The translations under genes and the position numbers were made by a program. Shown here piece by piece: positions 9,688-18,794 of a stretch of 64,000 nt of DNA (positions are counted from its first letter, which is position 1; each line of letters begins with the position of its first letter). Origin of the DNA: a bacterium (GTDB taxonomy: Bacteria; UBA8248); contig OZ241326.1 in assembly GCA_965199855.1 (NCBI GenBank), forward strand, positions 480,001 through 544,000, written 5' to 3'. The notes under the pieces are model-generated. The model searched no databases. It was not told where the DNA came from and saw only the letters and a program-made list of their open reading frames with translations.

Positions 9688-9900
9688 TGCGGCCTCTCCT
9701 CGCGCGGAATCGGAATGCTCGCAGGGAGGTCTCCAATATGCGCGTTCGCTTCGGCTTTCGCAATCGCCTCCGCCGGACGGGCGAGCGGGGCGCCGATTGC
9801 GCGGAGGGGCGGAAAATTCTAGTCTGCCGCGTCCCCCTCGCGCGGCGGCCGGCGCGCGGGGCCTCGTCCGCCGCGCGAAGCGGGAGAAAGGAGGGCGCTC

Positions 9901-10779
9901 ATGCCGAATCCCACGCCGCTCGGCGTTTTCGGCTTCCCGGCGGGACATATTCTCTCGCCCGTTCTTCACAACGCGGCGGCGGACGCCCTGGGACTGGACT
10001 ACCGCTACCTCGCCTGCGAGGTGCGCCCGGACGATCTGGAGCAGGCCGTGCGGGGCGCGCGAGCGATGGGGTTTCGCGGACTCACGATAACCATCCCGCA
10101 CAAGGTGGCCGTCTCCGCGCTGATGGACGAGCTCGGCGAGGACGCCCGGCTCATGGGCGCCGTGAACACGATAATTTTCGAGGCGGACGGCCGCCTCGTC
10201 GGTCACAACACGGACGGCGCAGGCTGGCTTCGCGCCTTCGAGGAGGCGGCGGGGAGCCGTCCCGAGGGGAAAAGATGCCTCGTTCTGGGCGCGGGGGGCG
10301 CGGCGCGCGCCGTCGCGGTCAAGATCGCCCAGTGCGGGGCGGCGCATCTGGAAATCAGGAACCGGACGCCCGGCAAGGCGCTCACGCTGGCGCGCTTCGT
10401 GGAGGAGAGCGTCCCGTCGGCCCGCGCGGGCGGCGGCGGCCTCGACGACCTCCCCGCGGCGGCTTCGGGCTGCGACGTCATCGTCAACGCGACGAGCCTG
10501 GGCATGTGGGGAGACCCCGCGCGGGCGGCGGCCAGCCCCATTCCGGAGGAGGCCATCCCCCGGGGATGCGTCTGCTCGGACGCGGTCTATACGCCCCTCG
10601 ACACGGAGTTTCTGAAGGCCGCCCGGCGGCGCGGCGCCCGAATCGTTCCCGGAACGGGCTGGCTGGTCCATCAGGCCGCTGACGCCTGGAGGATGTGGAC
10701 GGGCGTCGAGATGCCCGTGGACGCCGTGATGGGCGCCCTGCTCGACGCGCTGGAGGCCCGCCGCGCCGGCGAGGGCTAG
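9901..10779 (+). CDS. aroE: Shikimate dehydrogenase
   Basis: LSPVLHN, TIPHK, GAVNT, NTDG, LGAGGAA, NRT, VNATSLGM. Confidence 0.85.
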   Translation: MPNPTPLGVFGFPAGHILSPVLHNAAADALGLDYRYLACEVRPDDLEQAVRGARAMGFRGLTITIPHKVAVSALMDELGEDARLMGAVNTIIFEADGRLVGHNTDGAGWLRAFEEAAGSRPEGKRCLVLGAGGAARAVAVKIAQCGAAHLEIRNRTPGKALTLARFVEESVPSARAGGGGLDDLPAAASGCDVIVNATSLGMWGDPARAAASPIPEEAIPRGCVCSDAVYTPLDTEFLKAARRRGARIVPGTGWLVHQAADAWRMWTGVEMPVDAVMGALLDALEARRAGEG

Positions 10780-11048
10780 TCGCCCAGAATCTCCCGCCTT
10801 TTCACGCGCTCCTCGCACGGCGTCGCCGCGTCGTTGCCCAGCCAGAGATCCCACGCGCCGTGGTGGCCGACGTCCACGCCCTCTTCCTGCGCCTGCCGCT
10901 GGAGGGCGGTCTGCAGCTCGTCCATGAAGCCCGCGTCCATGAGCTCGAGATGATCCCCGATGTGGCGGTGCAGCACCCGATAGACCAGCTTCATGTCCTC
11001 CGCGGACGCCTCGAACGAGTAGGAATCCCCTTGCCGCGTGAAAGCCAT
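10776..11048 (-). CDS. Hypothetical 90-aa acidic protein
   Basis: Protein-like composition with host codon usage; purine-rich upstream sequence; stop overlaps the convergent aroE stop. Confidence 0.65.
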   Translation of the reverse strand: MAFTRQGDSYSFEASAEDMKLVYRVLHRHIGDHLELMDAGFMDELQTALQRQAQEEGVDVGHHGAWDLWLGNDAATPCEERVKRREILGD

Positions 11049-11151
11049 CTTCTTTTCCCGTTCGGGTGAGGAATGCGGAAGCGCGAACTTCAGGCGGCCG
11101 CCATTCTAGCGGATTTCCGTCCGGGGCGGAACCGCCGCGGGGAAGGAGGGA

Positions 11152-11191
11152 GCCGGGGGGCCGGTGATGCGCATGGGGCCGGCCCCCCGGC
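11152..11191 (-). terminator. 13-bp perfect inverted repeat downstream of mreB (probable terminator)
   Basis: GCCGGGGGGCCGG(11152-11164) / CCGGCCCCCCGGC(11179-11191); only a pyrimidine tail, no clear U-run. Confidence 0.45.
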
Positions 11192-11215
11192 CGGGGGGAT
11201 GGTGCTCGGGGAAAA

Positions 11216-12253
11216 TCAGTTGAGGCAGACCTGCTTGAAGTCCTTGAAGTGATCCAGCACGTGCCCGGTTCCGCGAACCACGGCGGTGAGCGGATCCTTC
11301 ACCCTGTAGATGGGAAGCCCCGTCTCCTCGTGGAGCCTCGCGCCGAGTCCCTTCAGGAGCGAGCCGCCGCCCGCCAGCACGATTCCGCGCCGGTGGATGT
11401 CCGAGGCGAGCTCGGGGCTCGTCCTGGAGAGCGCCTTGCCGATGGACTCGACGATGGCCTTCACGGGGCTGTCGAGCGCCTCGCGCGCGTGCCGGTCGCT
11501 CAGCGTGATGGTGCGGGGGATGCCGGTGGAGACGTCCGCGCCGGCCACCTCCGTTTCGAGGGGCTCCGCGAGCGCCGTCGCCGCGCCGACGGCGATTTTC
11601 ACGCGCTCGGCCTCGAAGGCGCCGATGGAGAGGGCGTGGCGCCTCTTGACGTAGCGCTGGATGCACTCGTCCATCGCGTCTCCCGCGATGCGGAGGGACT
11701 CCGCGTAGGAGACGGCGTATCGGGAGATGACGGCCACCTCGGTCGTTCCGCCCCCGATGTCCACGATCATGGAGCCGGAGATTTCATGGACGGGCAGCTT
11801 GCTGCCGATGGCCGCGGCCATGGGCTCCTCTATCAGGTGGACGCGGGCGGCGCCGCACTGGGTGGCGGAGTCGATCACCGCCTTCATCTCGACGCTGGTG
11901 ATCCCGGCGGGGACGCAGATCATCATCGTGGGCCGGCCGAAGGAGCCCTTGGGGACGATGGCGCGGACGAAGTGGCGTATCATGGCCTTCGTCACGTCGA
12001 AGTCGGCGATGACGCCGTCCTTCATGGGCCGAACCGTCTGAATCGACTCCGGCGTGCGGCCGTACATCTCCTTGGCCTGCCTGCCCACCGCGAGCACGGC
12101 GCCCCCGTTTCCGGAGTTCAGGGCGACGACGGAGGGCTCGTCGAGGACGATTCCGCCGCTTTTCGTATAGACGAGCGTGTTCGCGGTTCCCAGGTCCATC
12201 GCTATGTTGGTTCCCGTCATCGCCCTGATCTTCTGCAGGACATGCAGCTTCAT
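11216..12253 (-). CDS. mreB: Actin-like rod-shape protein MreB (no mreCD adjacent)
   Basis: DLGTANT, EPSVVA, RPMKDGVIADF, EEPMAAAIG, DIGGGTTE, LAGGGSLL. Confidence 0.95.
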   Translation of the reverse strand: MKLHVLQKIRAMTGTNIAMDLGTANTLVYTKSGGIVLDEPSVVALNSGNGGAVLAVGRQAKEMYGRTPESIQTVRPMKDGVIADFDVTKAMIRHFVRAIVPKGSFGRPTMMICVPAGITSVEMKAVIDSATQCGAARVHLIEEPMAAAIGSKLPVHEISGSMIVDIGGGTTEVAVISRYAVSYAESLRIAGDAMDECIQRYVKRRHALSIGAFEAERVKIAVGAATALAEPLETEVAGADVSTGIPRTITLSDRHAREALDSPVKAIVESIGKALSRTSPELASDIHRRGIVLAGGGSLLKGLGARLHEETGLPIYRVKDPLTAVVRGTGHVLDHFKDFKQVCLN

Positions 12254-13710
12254 TCCTCGCGCCCCCCCATGAGACAGAGTTGATTCGCCGCGCCCCCCTT
12301 CTGGGCGAAGGCCAGCGCCTCGAGAGACGCCCGGACGAGGCTTTTCGGGTTTTGCGCGTTCTCCGGAAAGCACGCGGCGCCTATGGAAATGGTGATCCCG
12401 ACTTCTTTTCCCCCGGGGCGGAAGGGCGCGCGGCCGATGATGTGGATGATGCGCTCGGCCGCCGCCTCGGCGTATTCCTGCGAGGAGTCCCTGAGCAGCA
12501 GGAAGAAGCGCGGCCCCTCGCGCCGCGCCAGAATGTCGCTTCCCTTGACGAACTGCCGGAGGGCGTCGAAGAGGTGGAGGATCACCTCCTCCTCCGGCGC
12601 GTCCTCGAGCCCGGGCGCCGCGCCCGCGTCGGGGGCGATGCTCAGGAGCGCGAGCTGGCGCCCCCTGTCCCCGGCGTCGCGGAGCATTTCGGGAAGGCGG
12701 GAATGGAGGTATTCGGCGTTTCGTCCGCCGGTGAGGGGGTCGATCTCCAGGCGCGCCCGCCAGCGGGCCTCGTTCCTGCGGTGGGCGAGGGCGTCGGCGG
12801 CGGCCGCCGCCACGATTTCCCCCGGCTTCACGGAGGAGGCGTCGAAGCGGGCGCGCTCCCGGCTCGTGAACCCCAGACAGCCGAGCAGCTCGCCTCCCGC
12901 GATCAGGGGCAGGCACAGGGCGGAGCGGGCGTCGAAGCGCGGCTCCTCCGCGTGGAAGAGGGGCCGGGCGCCCTTCCGCCCCCGGAGGGAGGGCAGCCGC
13001 AGGCTCTCCCTTTTGGAGAGCGCGTAGCCCGCCACGCTGCCCCGCTCGCTGATTTCGACCTCGCCCAGGAACAGCTCGCCGAAGCCCGAGGTTCTCGCGA
13101 GGCGGGGGGTGCCTGCTTCCTCGTCGGCGAGGACGAGGAAGCAGGCGTCGAAGGGAAGCAACTCGCGCGGCGCCTGGCAGATCGCGTTCAGCAGCTGCTC
13201 CTCGCTCTCGCTCGCGCGGAGCGCGGAGAGGTAGCCGCCGAAGGCGGAGACGCTCATGGAGCGGCGCTCCGCCCGCGCGGCCGCCAGGGCGCCGTCTGTG
13301 AGATACGCGAATTGCTGGGCGAACCCCGCGAGTATCTTCTGGTCCCTCGACGTGAAGCACCAGCTTTTCTTGCTGTCGATGGCGAGCGCCCCCTTGCTGC
13401 GCGAGGAGGGCAGGGGCGCCGCCATGAAGGATTTGATGTCCTCGCTCCTGCCGTAGTAGCCGAGGACGATGGTGTCCTTGTCGAACTGGTTGACGCTCAG
13501 GGGCTCGTTGTTCTCCAGCACCCAGCCCATGAAGCCCTGGCCGGCCTCGACCGAGGCGTCCGCCACGACGTGGGGGCTCAGGCTGTGGTAGGCGGTGAGC
13601 TGGAACCTCCCGAGCCGCTTGTTTTCAAGGAACAGGCAGGCGGAATACGCCTCGGTCACGTTGCTGACGAGCGTGATGAGGGAGAAGAGGTCCCTTTCCA
13701 GATTCGTCAT
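12250..13710 (-). CDS. GAF-GAF protein with a degenerate GGDEF domain
   Basis: Two GAF-like repeats (GQGFMGWV..SFMAAPL; GSVAGYAL..SALCLPL), then DPLTG...ARREGPRF...ITISIG (GGDEF replaced by EGPRF); stop overlaps the mreB start. Confidence 0.8.
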   Translation of the reverse strand: MTNLERDLFSLITLVSNVTEAYSACLFLENKRLGRFQLTAYHSLSPHVVADASVEAGQGFMGWVLENNEPLSVNQFDKDTIVLGYYGRSEDIKSFMAAPLPSSRSKGALAIDSKKSWCFTSRDQKILAGFAQQFAYLTDGALAAARAERRSMSVSAFGGYLSALRASESEEQLLNAICQAPRELLPFDACFLVLADEEAGTPRLARTSGFGELFLGEVEISERGSVAGYALSKRESLRLPSLRGRKGARPLFHAEEPRFDARSALCLPLIAGGELLGCLGFTSRERARFDASSVKPGEIVAAAAADALAHRRNEARWRARLEIDPLTGGRNAEYLHSRLPEMLRDAGDRGRQLALLSIAPDAGAAPGLEDAPEEEVILHLFDALRQFVKGSDILARREGPRFFLLLRDSSQEYAEAAAERIIHIIGRAPFRPGGKEVGITISIGAACFPENAQNPKSLVRASLEALAFAQKGGAANQLCLMGGREE

Positions 13711-13746
13711 TTCCACCACCCGACGGGACGGATTCGGAATGGAGCG

Positions 13747-13925
13747 AATATAGCAGGGCGCATTCGGCTGTTTCAAGTAATTTTTTCACTAATCCTCATA
13801 TCCTTTTGTATTTATTTGTTTTATTCATGTAAAAATTTTACGATTGACGCCGAAACCTCAAGCGCTTCGTGCGGTGATTATCGTAAAACATTGATATTAA
13901 ATGATTTATTTTATTTCGAATGAGG
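13747..13925 (-). promoter_or_regulatory. AT-rich sigma70 promoter region of the GAF-mreB operon with an IHF-like site and palindromes
   Basis: Minus strand TTGAAA(13776-13771)-N18-TATATT(13752-13747) with extended -10 TG; TATCAATGTTTTA (13896-13884) fits WATCAANNNNTTR; GTAAAA-A-TTTTAC at 13829-13841. Confidence 0.6.
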
Positions 13926-14028
13926 CTTCCGGCCGCGCGCGCCGCCGGAGGGAGGAGGGAACGCCATATCTTGGGTCGCGCTCGTCCGCGGACGCCAGAT
14001 GTTGCGCCCGTCGGAGGGGGACGCGCCG

Positions 14029-14382
14029 CTAGTGGTCGTAAGCCCTGGTCGCGCTCGCGGGAATCATGCAGACGAACTCCATCGCCTCGCCCGAGTCGTT
14101 GTGGAAGGCGTGGCGCTCGCCGGGGGCGACGAAGACGGCCGAGCCCGGCGCGATGGGGCGCGCCTCGCCCTCGACGACCACCCGCCCCTCGCCCCGGAGC
14201 ATGAACACCTGATGCTCCCAGGGGTGGGCGTGGTCGGGCGTCTGGCCGCCCGCCTCTATCTCGATGACGCGCATCGCCATGCCCGTCTCGCCGTCGCGCT
14301 CGCTCAGCAGCCAGCGGACGCCCGCGCCCCGCGCCGCCTTCTCGGTCTTGAGCTCCGCCTCCTTGTAGTTCATCACCTTCAT
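14029..14382 (-). CDS. Cupin domain protein
   Basis: TPDHAHPWEH...GERHAFHN cupin motifs; GGAGG RBS. Confidence 0.85.
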   Translation of the reverse strand: MKVMNYKEAELKTEKAARGAGVRWLLSERDGETGMAMRVIEIEAGGQTPDHAHPWEHQVFMLRGEGRVVVEGEARPIAPGSAVFVAPGERHAFHNDSGEAMEFVCMIPASATRAYDH

Positions 14383-14467
14383 CGCTCCGCCTCCCTTGTC
14401 GTTCTCCCGGCCGCCCATCCTGAGCGCGGAAGCATACCACGCCGCCGGGGAGGGGGGGAAAGTGGAG

Positions 14468-15502
14468 TCAAGCCATACCCTCCGCATTCATCAGGATATG
14501 TTTTCCTATCTGCTCGGCAAGCCTGACGGGAACCGCGTTTCCTATCTGCATGGCGATGTGCGTGTTGGACCCGAAAAACTGGTATCCATCGGGAAAGGAC
14601 TGCAGAGCAGCGGCTTCGCGCAACGATATCGCCCTGTCCTGTGTCGGATGTCCGTATCGGCCGTTGGATATGCTGTGGCAACGACCCGTGAGGGCAGGTG
14701 CGGGACTGTCCCAGCGCATTCGTCCGTAAACGTCGGTGTGCCCTTCGTAGTTTCCCTTGTGACACGCCAATCTCAGGTGTTCCGGCCACGCCCTGCGGTC
14801 CCCACCATTATGCGGCGTCATCCTCAGTCGCTCCAGGTTCAATTCCGAGATGGACGCGGCGACATGGTTCGGCACCTCCAGATCGCGCTTCCCGGCCGCA
14901 ATCGCGGGAAAATGGGAAATGGCCTGTTTCACCGTCCTGAACGGAAGAAGTTGTTCGCCATATTTCGGCTCGGGCAACGAGGGTTGTCGGCGTCTCGTCG
15001 CCAGCAATATGAGGCGTCGTCTGTTCTGGGGCACCCCGTAGCATTTGGCGTCAAGAACGGCGAAAATATATCCGTAGTCGTTTTCGGTCAGCATCCTCCG
15101 AAACCGGCGAAAGGTACTGAAGCCGGGGACTCTCGCAAGGCCGGGAACATTTTCAATCAGCACGCATTCCGGCAAAACGGCTTCGACCAGACGTCCGAAT
15201 TGCCCCAGCAATGTCGCGTCATGCCGTCGCGCATTTTTTTTGCGTTGCGGACTGAACGGCTGACATGGGGCGCATCCGGCGAAGAGAATCTCATCAGATC
15301 GTTTGGTTCGACATTCAAGGCCCAGGTCCTTCGGTTCGAGCTCCCTTATGTCCGCTTTGACGAACCGAACACGAGGATTGTTGCGCTCGTATGTGGAACG
15401 GCAACGTCCGTCGCGGTCAACTCCGGCAATGACTTCAATGCCGGCGTCAAGCAAGCCGCGGGTCAGACCTCCGGCTCCGCAGAAGAAATCCCAGGCTTTC
15501 AT
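14468..15502 (-). CDS. DNA (cytosine-5)-methyltransferase
   Basis: Motif I DFFCGAGG, IV APCQ, VI ENV, VIII QNRRR, IX REAA, X IGNAVP. Confidence 0.95.
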   Translation of the reverse strand: MKAWDFFCGAGGLTRGLLDAGIEVIAGVDRDGRCRSTYERNNPRVRFVKADIRELEPKDLGLECRTKRSDEILFAGCAPCQPFSPQRKKNARRHDATLLGQFGRLVEAVLPECVLIENVPGLARVPGFSTFRRFRRMLTENDYGYIFAVLDAKCYGVPQNRRRLILLATRRRQPSLPEPKYGEQLLPFRTVKQAISHFPAIAAGKRDLEVPNHVAASISELNLERLRMTPHNGGDRRAWPEHLRLACHKGNYEGHTDVYGRMRWDSPAPALTGRCHSISNGRYGHPTQDRAISLREAAALQSFPDGYQFFGSNTHIAMQIGNAVPVRLAEQIGKHILMNAEGMA

Positions 15503-16620
15503 GCTTCTTCGGCGCCGGCGCCGCTCCTCAACTTATCAATGATCTCGTCGCGCCACGAATCTAAATCCCGATCCGGCAGACCCGGGCGGCCGGCGGTTTG
15601 CATGTACGCCCACGCGATCAACTCCCGAAACGGACTGTCAAGGGAAGCGATTCGGAGAAATGGTTTGTCTGACATGCCGATGTCTTCAACGGGAATGAGT
15701 GCCAGATCGCGCAGGTTGGCCGCCATTATAGGGATTTGATCCTTCAGGCTTGGGAAAGGGATGACAGCTCCCAGGTATCCTTGGGTAAGCATTGAACTGC
15801 GCAACTGATCTTTCAGCTTCCGAATTTTCATGCCTTTCAGGCTTGTAGTTTCAAGACCGTTTTTCATGGAACAGCATTTTGAAACCAGGACATCGCGCAC
15901 TTTCGGTTCGCGGTTTCCCGAGGCTGCAAGGTCACATGATGGCGTCAGAACTACCCGGAATGAAGCGGGATCATCAGGTGATGCGCTCCCGTCTCTCAGG
16001 ATATCGCCCAGTCGGATGTCTTCGGATACCGGAGGGAGCAGATATTGTTCCCAATCGGCGAGCGTTGTTTCGTTTGCTGGCGGCTCGTCCATCAGGGCGG
16101 CAAGACGACGCCTGCCCGATCGTTTAATGGTGTCAACGATACGTTGCGTATCGTCACGGAAGGCTTCAAAGGCATAGCGCGCGACATCCCGCATGGCCTT
16201 GGAAAAGGAGCGCCTGATATCCCGTTCGGCTTCTTTCAGTGTATCGACATGGGGGAGGAATTCACGAATTGCGTCCAATACCTTTTGTTCACTCCCACTC
16301 CCCTTTTTGATGCTTTTTACGAATGGGTGCCGCTCATACTTTTCAGGAATGTCAGGTAGTCCTGAATACACAACTATAGGGCAGAAATGTTTCTTCCAGA
16401 TGATGTCGAGAGTATTCCAACCCTCTCGCTCTCCTTCGCTGAAAACGTTACCGACAAAGAGATCGAGGATCACGATGTCAGGGCGGAACGACAAGAGTTT
16501 CTTCTTTGCATCATCAAAATCCGATACTTTTTGGCGCACGTTCTCTATCTTATCTTTTGTCAGCTTCCGGGCGGGTTCTATGACTTTTCGATCATCCTCG
16601 ATAAATAGCAGTTTCAGCAT
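15499..16620 (-). CDS. Receiver (REC) domain protein with an uncharacterised ~250-aa C-terminal region
   Basis: LFIEDD, IVILDL (phospho-Asp), VYSG, IKK; C-terminus has LGDIL...VLTPSCDL; no HTH recognised; ATGA overlap with the MTase. Confidence 0.8.
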   Translation of the reverse strand: MLKLLFIEDDRKVIEPARKLTKDKIENVRQKVSDFDDAKKKLLSFRPDIVILDLFVGNVFSEGEREGWNTLDIIWKKHFCPIVVYSGLPDIPEKYERHPFVKSIKKGSGSEQKVLDAIREFLPHVDTLKEAERDIRRSFSKAMRDVARYAFEAFRDDTQRIVDTIKRSGRRRLAALMDEPPANETTLADWEQYLLPPVSEDIRLGDILRDGSASPDDPASFRVVLTPSCDLAASGNREPKVRDVLVSKCCSMKNGLETTSLKGMKIRKLKDQLRSSMLTQGYLGAVIPFPSLKDQIPIMAANLRDLALIPVEDIGMSDKPFLRIASLDSPFRELIAWAYMQTAGRPGLPDRDLDSWRDEIIDKLRSGAGAEEA

Positions 16621-16631
16621 ATATCCCTCTT

Positions 16632-18794
16632 TTATGCTCGGCGTTGTTTCCGCAGAGGCAAGTCGAAAGCGAACGACGCGCCGCCTTTTGGTCCGTTGTA
16701 TTCTGTCCGCATGCGGCCTTCGTATGCGGCAACCAGTTCCGAAGCTACCGTAAGTCCCATTCCTATTCCGCCCGGTTTTCTTGTCACGCCGGGCCAGAAC
16801 ACCTTTTCCGCATAGTCTTTATCCAGGCCGGGGCCCGTATCCTGCACATCTACCAAGACACGCTCTCTGCCATTGATGGGCGTAAGGCTGAATTTCAGTT
16901 CTCTGCGTTCTTTCGGGACTTCCCGCATCCAATAGACCGCGTTTGTTACCAGATTGAGAATAATCGCGTCGAGTTCTCCTGGATCGACCGCCACCTTGGT
17001 TTCGGAGTCCGGGACAAGGCATCGCACATGGCTTCTTTTTATCTCGCTTCGATGGAGATACAGGCAATCCCTGATTCGCTCCTCCAAAATCGATTGGCGC
17101 TTTCGTCTCCTGAAATTACGGCTTGCGAGAGGGGCGAAGGTATCGGCGAGACGCTCCAGCGCATCTATCGCCCCGTCGGCGGAACGGAATTCTTCTTCCA
17201 GCTCTTTTTCCTTGAATGGACTGAATCTGTCCCGGATGAATTTCAGAAAGCTCCCGAGGGCTATCGTGCGATTGCGGATTTCATGCACCAGCATGTGGGC
17301 GAGGGTTCCGACGGTCGCCAGCCTGCTGTAATATATGAACCGCTCCTGAATCGCTTTGCGCGTCGAGTCCAGCGAACTGCTGAAAGTGCGAAGAAGAGGG
17401 ACCGCTTCGGATGCTTCAGCTCCTTCTTCTGCAAGCGCGGCAACTTCCTCGGTCAACTCTTCCGCGGACAGCTTCTCGAACAGATCATCCATCGGTTTTT
17501 CACGGTCGGGTTTAACGCGATCTTCATCCCGCTCATTTTCGAGAAGGGCAACGACCGCTTTCAGAATTTCCTCGAACTCCGCTACTTCGATACATGAGGC
17601 GAGGCGCTCGCGGTCGCTGGTGTCCTCTATTTTCGGATTACATTCAGCCGATACCGAGACGTAGCCGACAATCTGGCTCGTGCTCAGCCGCGTTCCGATC
17701 TTGCTGACGCGCCGCAGATCGAGTCCCAGCCAGTCGCGGGCGTTGTCGGATTTGGGCAGCACAAGAACGCCGTCCCGATATATGGAGATGCCTTTGTGCG
17801 CGCGAATGGATTTTCTGACCTGACTTTTCTGGAAGTCAAATTTTTCGGCGATTTCCTGCGTATCTTCACCGGCGATGTCCCATGCTCGAATCTCAAAAGA
17901 AAATGGCCCGCAATTCGCTCCCTTTTCGGAATATGGAAACTTCTCTTTATCTTGAATGGCGTCATGAATTTGTCGCCACGCAAGTTTCAGCTTCCTTCCC
18001 CTGGCGACATCGTCTTTCACAAGAGGGGCGAATCGATATGAACCCTCCACGTTTCCGTCCCTGTCGACACGCCCCCGAATGCTGTATTTCGGTTTCGACA
18101 AAAATTCGGGAGATTCGATCTTGACTGCCTCGGTTTGCTCATCTCCGAAACCGGAAAGGGAGATGTTGAAGTCGCCGAGGTCTGAAAATGGGGAGAGCAA
18201 ACGACCGAGATTCTCTTCGAGGTCCGATATGCGGCTTTCATTCCATTTTTCTTTCAGACCATAGATGCGCAGACGAGTTCCGGATTCACTGAAAGGCGAA
18301 CTGCCGGGATATTTTCTGCATCCCGCGAAGCTTTTCGATAGATCGTCTCCCTCGGAAATGTCGGACCAGTTGACGCTGACCTCCCAACAGGGCTTCCCAC
18401 GCGCCTTTGTCAGCATGCGAAGGCGTTTTCCGAGCCGCGCGACGGAAAGACGCCCGAGGCCTTTTTCACCGGAGACGCGACGCTCTTTCTTCCCGAGCTT
18501 CACAACGGGATTTATTTGCTTGTTTGGGGTCGCAACGAGGCACCAGACGTTCTCGATGATCTCTCTGGTCATGCCGCTGCCGTCGTCTTCGATTTCCAGA
18601 TACGCGCCCGGCCCAACATCTTCTCGAAATCGAAGCCAGACGTTTTGAGCAAAAGCATCGTATGAGTTTTTCACGAGTTCGATGACGGCCACGACGTCAT
18701 TGGTCACCAGGTCCGCTCCCAGAGCGGCGAATACCCTGGGGTGCATGCGGAAAGGTATCTGCTCGAAACTGCCTTCAGGCATTCTTTTCGCCAT
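16632..18794 (-). CDS. MORC/MutL-like GHKL ATPase fused to a HisKA-HATPase histidine kinase
   Basis: N-terminal ELVKNSYDA, DDGSGM, GEKGLGR, GT; C-terminal H-box LVHEIRN, N-box NLVTNA, DTGPG, GIGMGL; no TM segments. Confidence 0.9.
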   Translation of the reverse strand: MAKRMPEGSFEQIPFRMHPRVFAALGADLVTNDVVAVIELVKNSYDAFAQNVWLRFREDVGPGAYLEIEDDGSGMTREIIENVWCLVATPNKQINPVVKLGKKERRVSGEKGLGRLSVARLGKRLRMLTKARGKPCWEVSVNWSDISEGDDLSKSFAGCRKYPGSSPFSESGTRLRIYGLKEKWNESRISDLEENLGRLLSPFSDLGDFNISLSGFGDEQTEAVKIESPEFLSKPKYSIRGRVDRDGNVEGSYRFAPLVKDDVARGRKLKLAWRQIHDAIQDKEKFPYSEKGANCGPFSFEIRAWDIAGEDTQEIAEKFDFQKSQVRKSIRAHKGISIYRDGVLVLPKSDNARDWLGLDLRRVSKIGTRLSTSQIVGYVSVSAECNPKIEDTSDRERLASCIEVAEFEEILKAVVALLENERDEDRVKPDREKPMDDLFEKLSAEELTEEVAALAEEGAEASEAVPLLRTFSSSLDSTRKAIQERFIYYSRLATVGTLAHMLVHEIRNRTIALGSFLKFIRDRFSPFKEKELEEEFRSADGAIDALERLADTFAPLASRNFRRRKRQSILEERIRDCLYLHRSEIKRSHVRCLVPDSETKVAVDPGELDAIILNLVTNAVYWMREVPKERRELKFSLTPINGRERVLVDVQDTGPGLDKDYAEKVFWPGVTRKPGGIGMGLTVASELVAAYEGRMRTEYNGPKGGASFAFDLPLRKQRRA

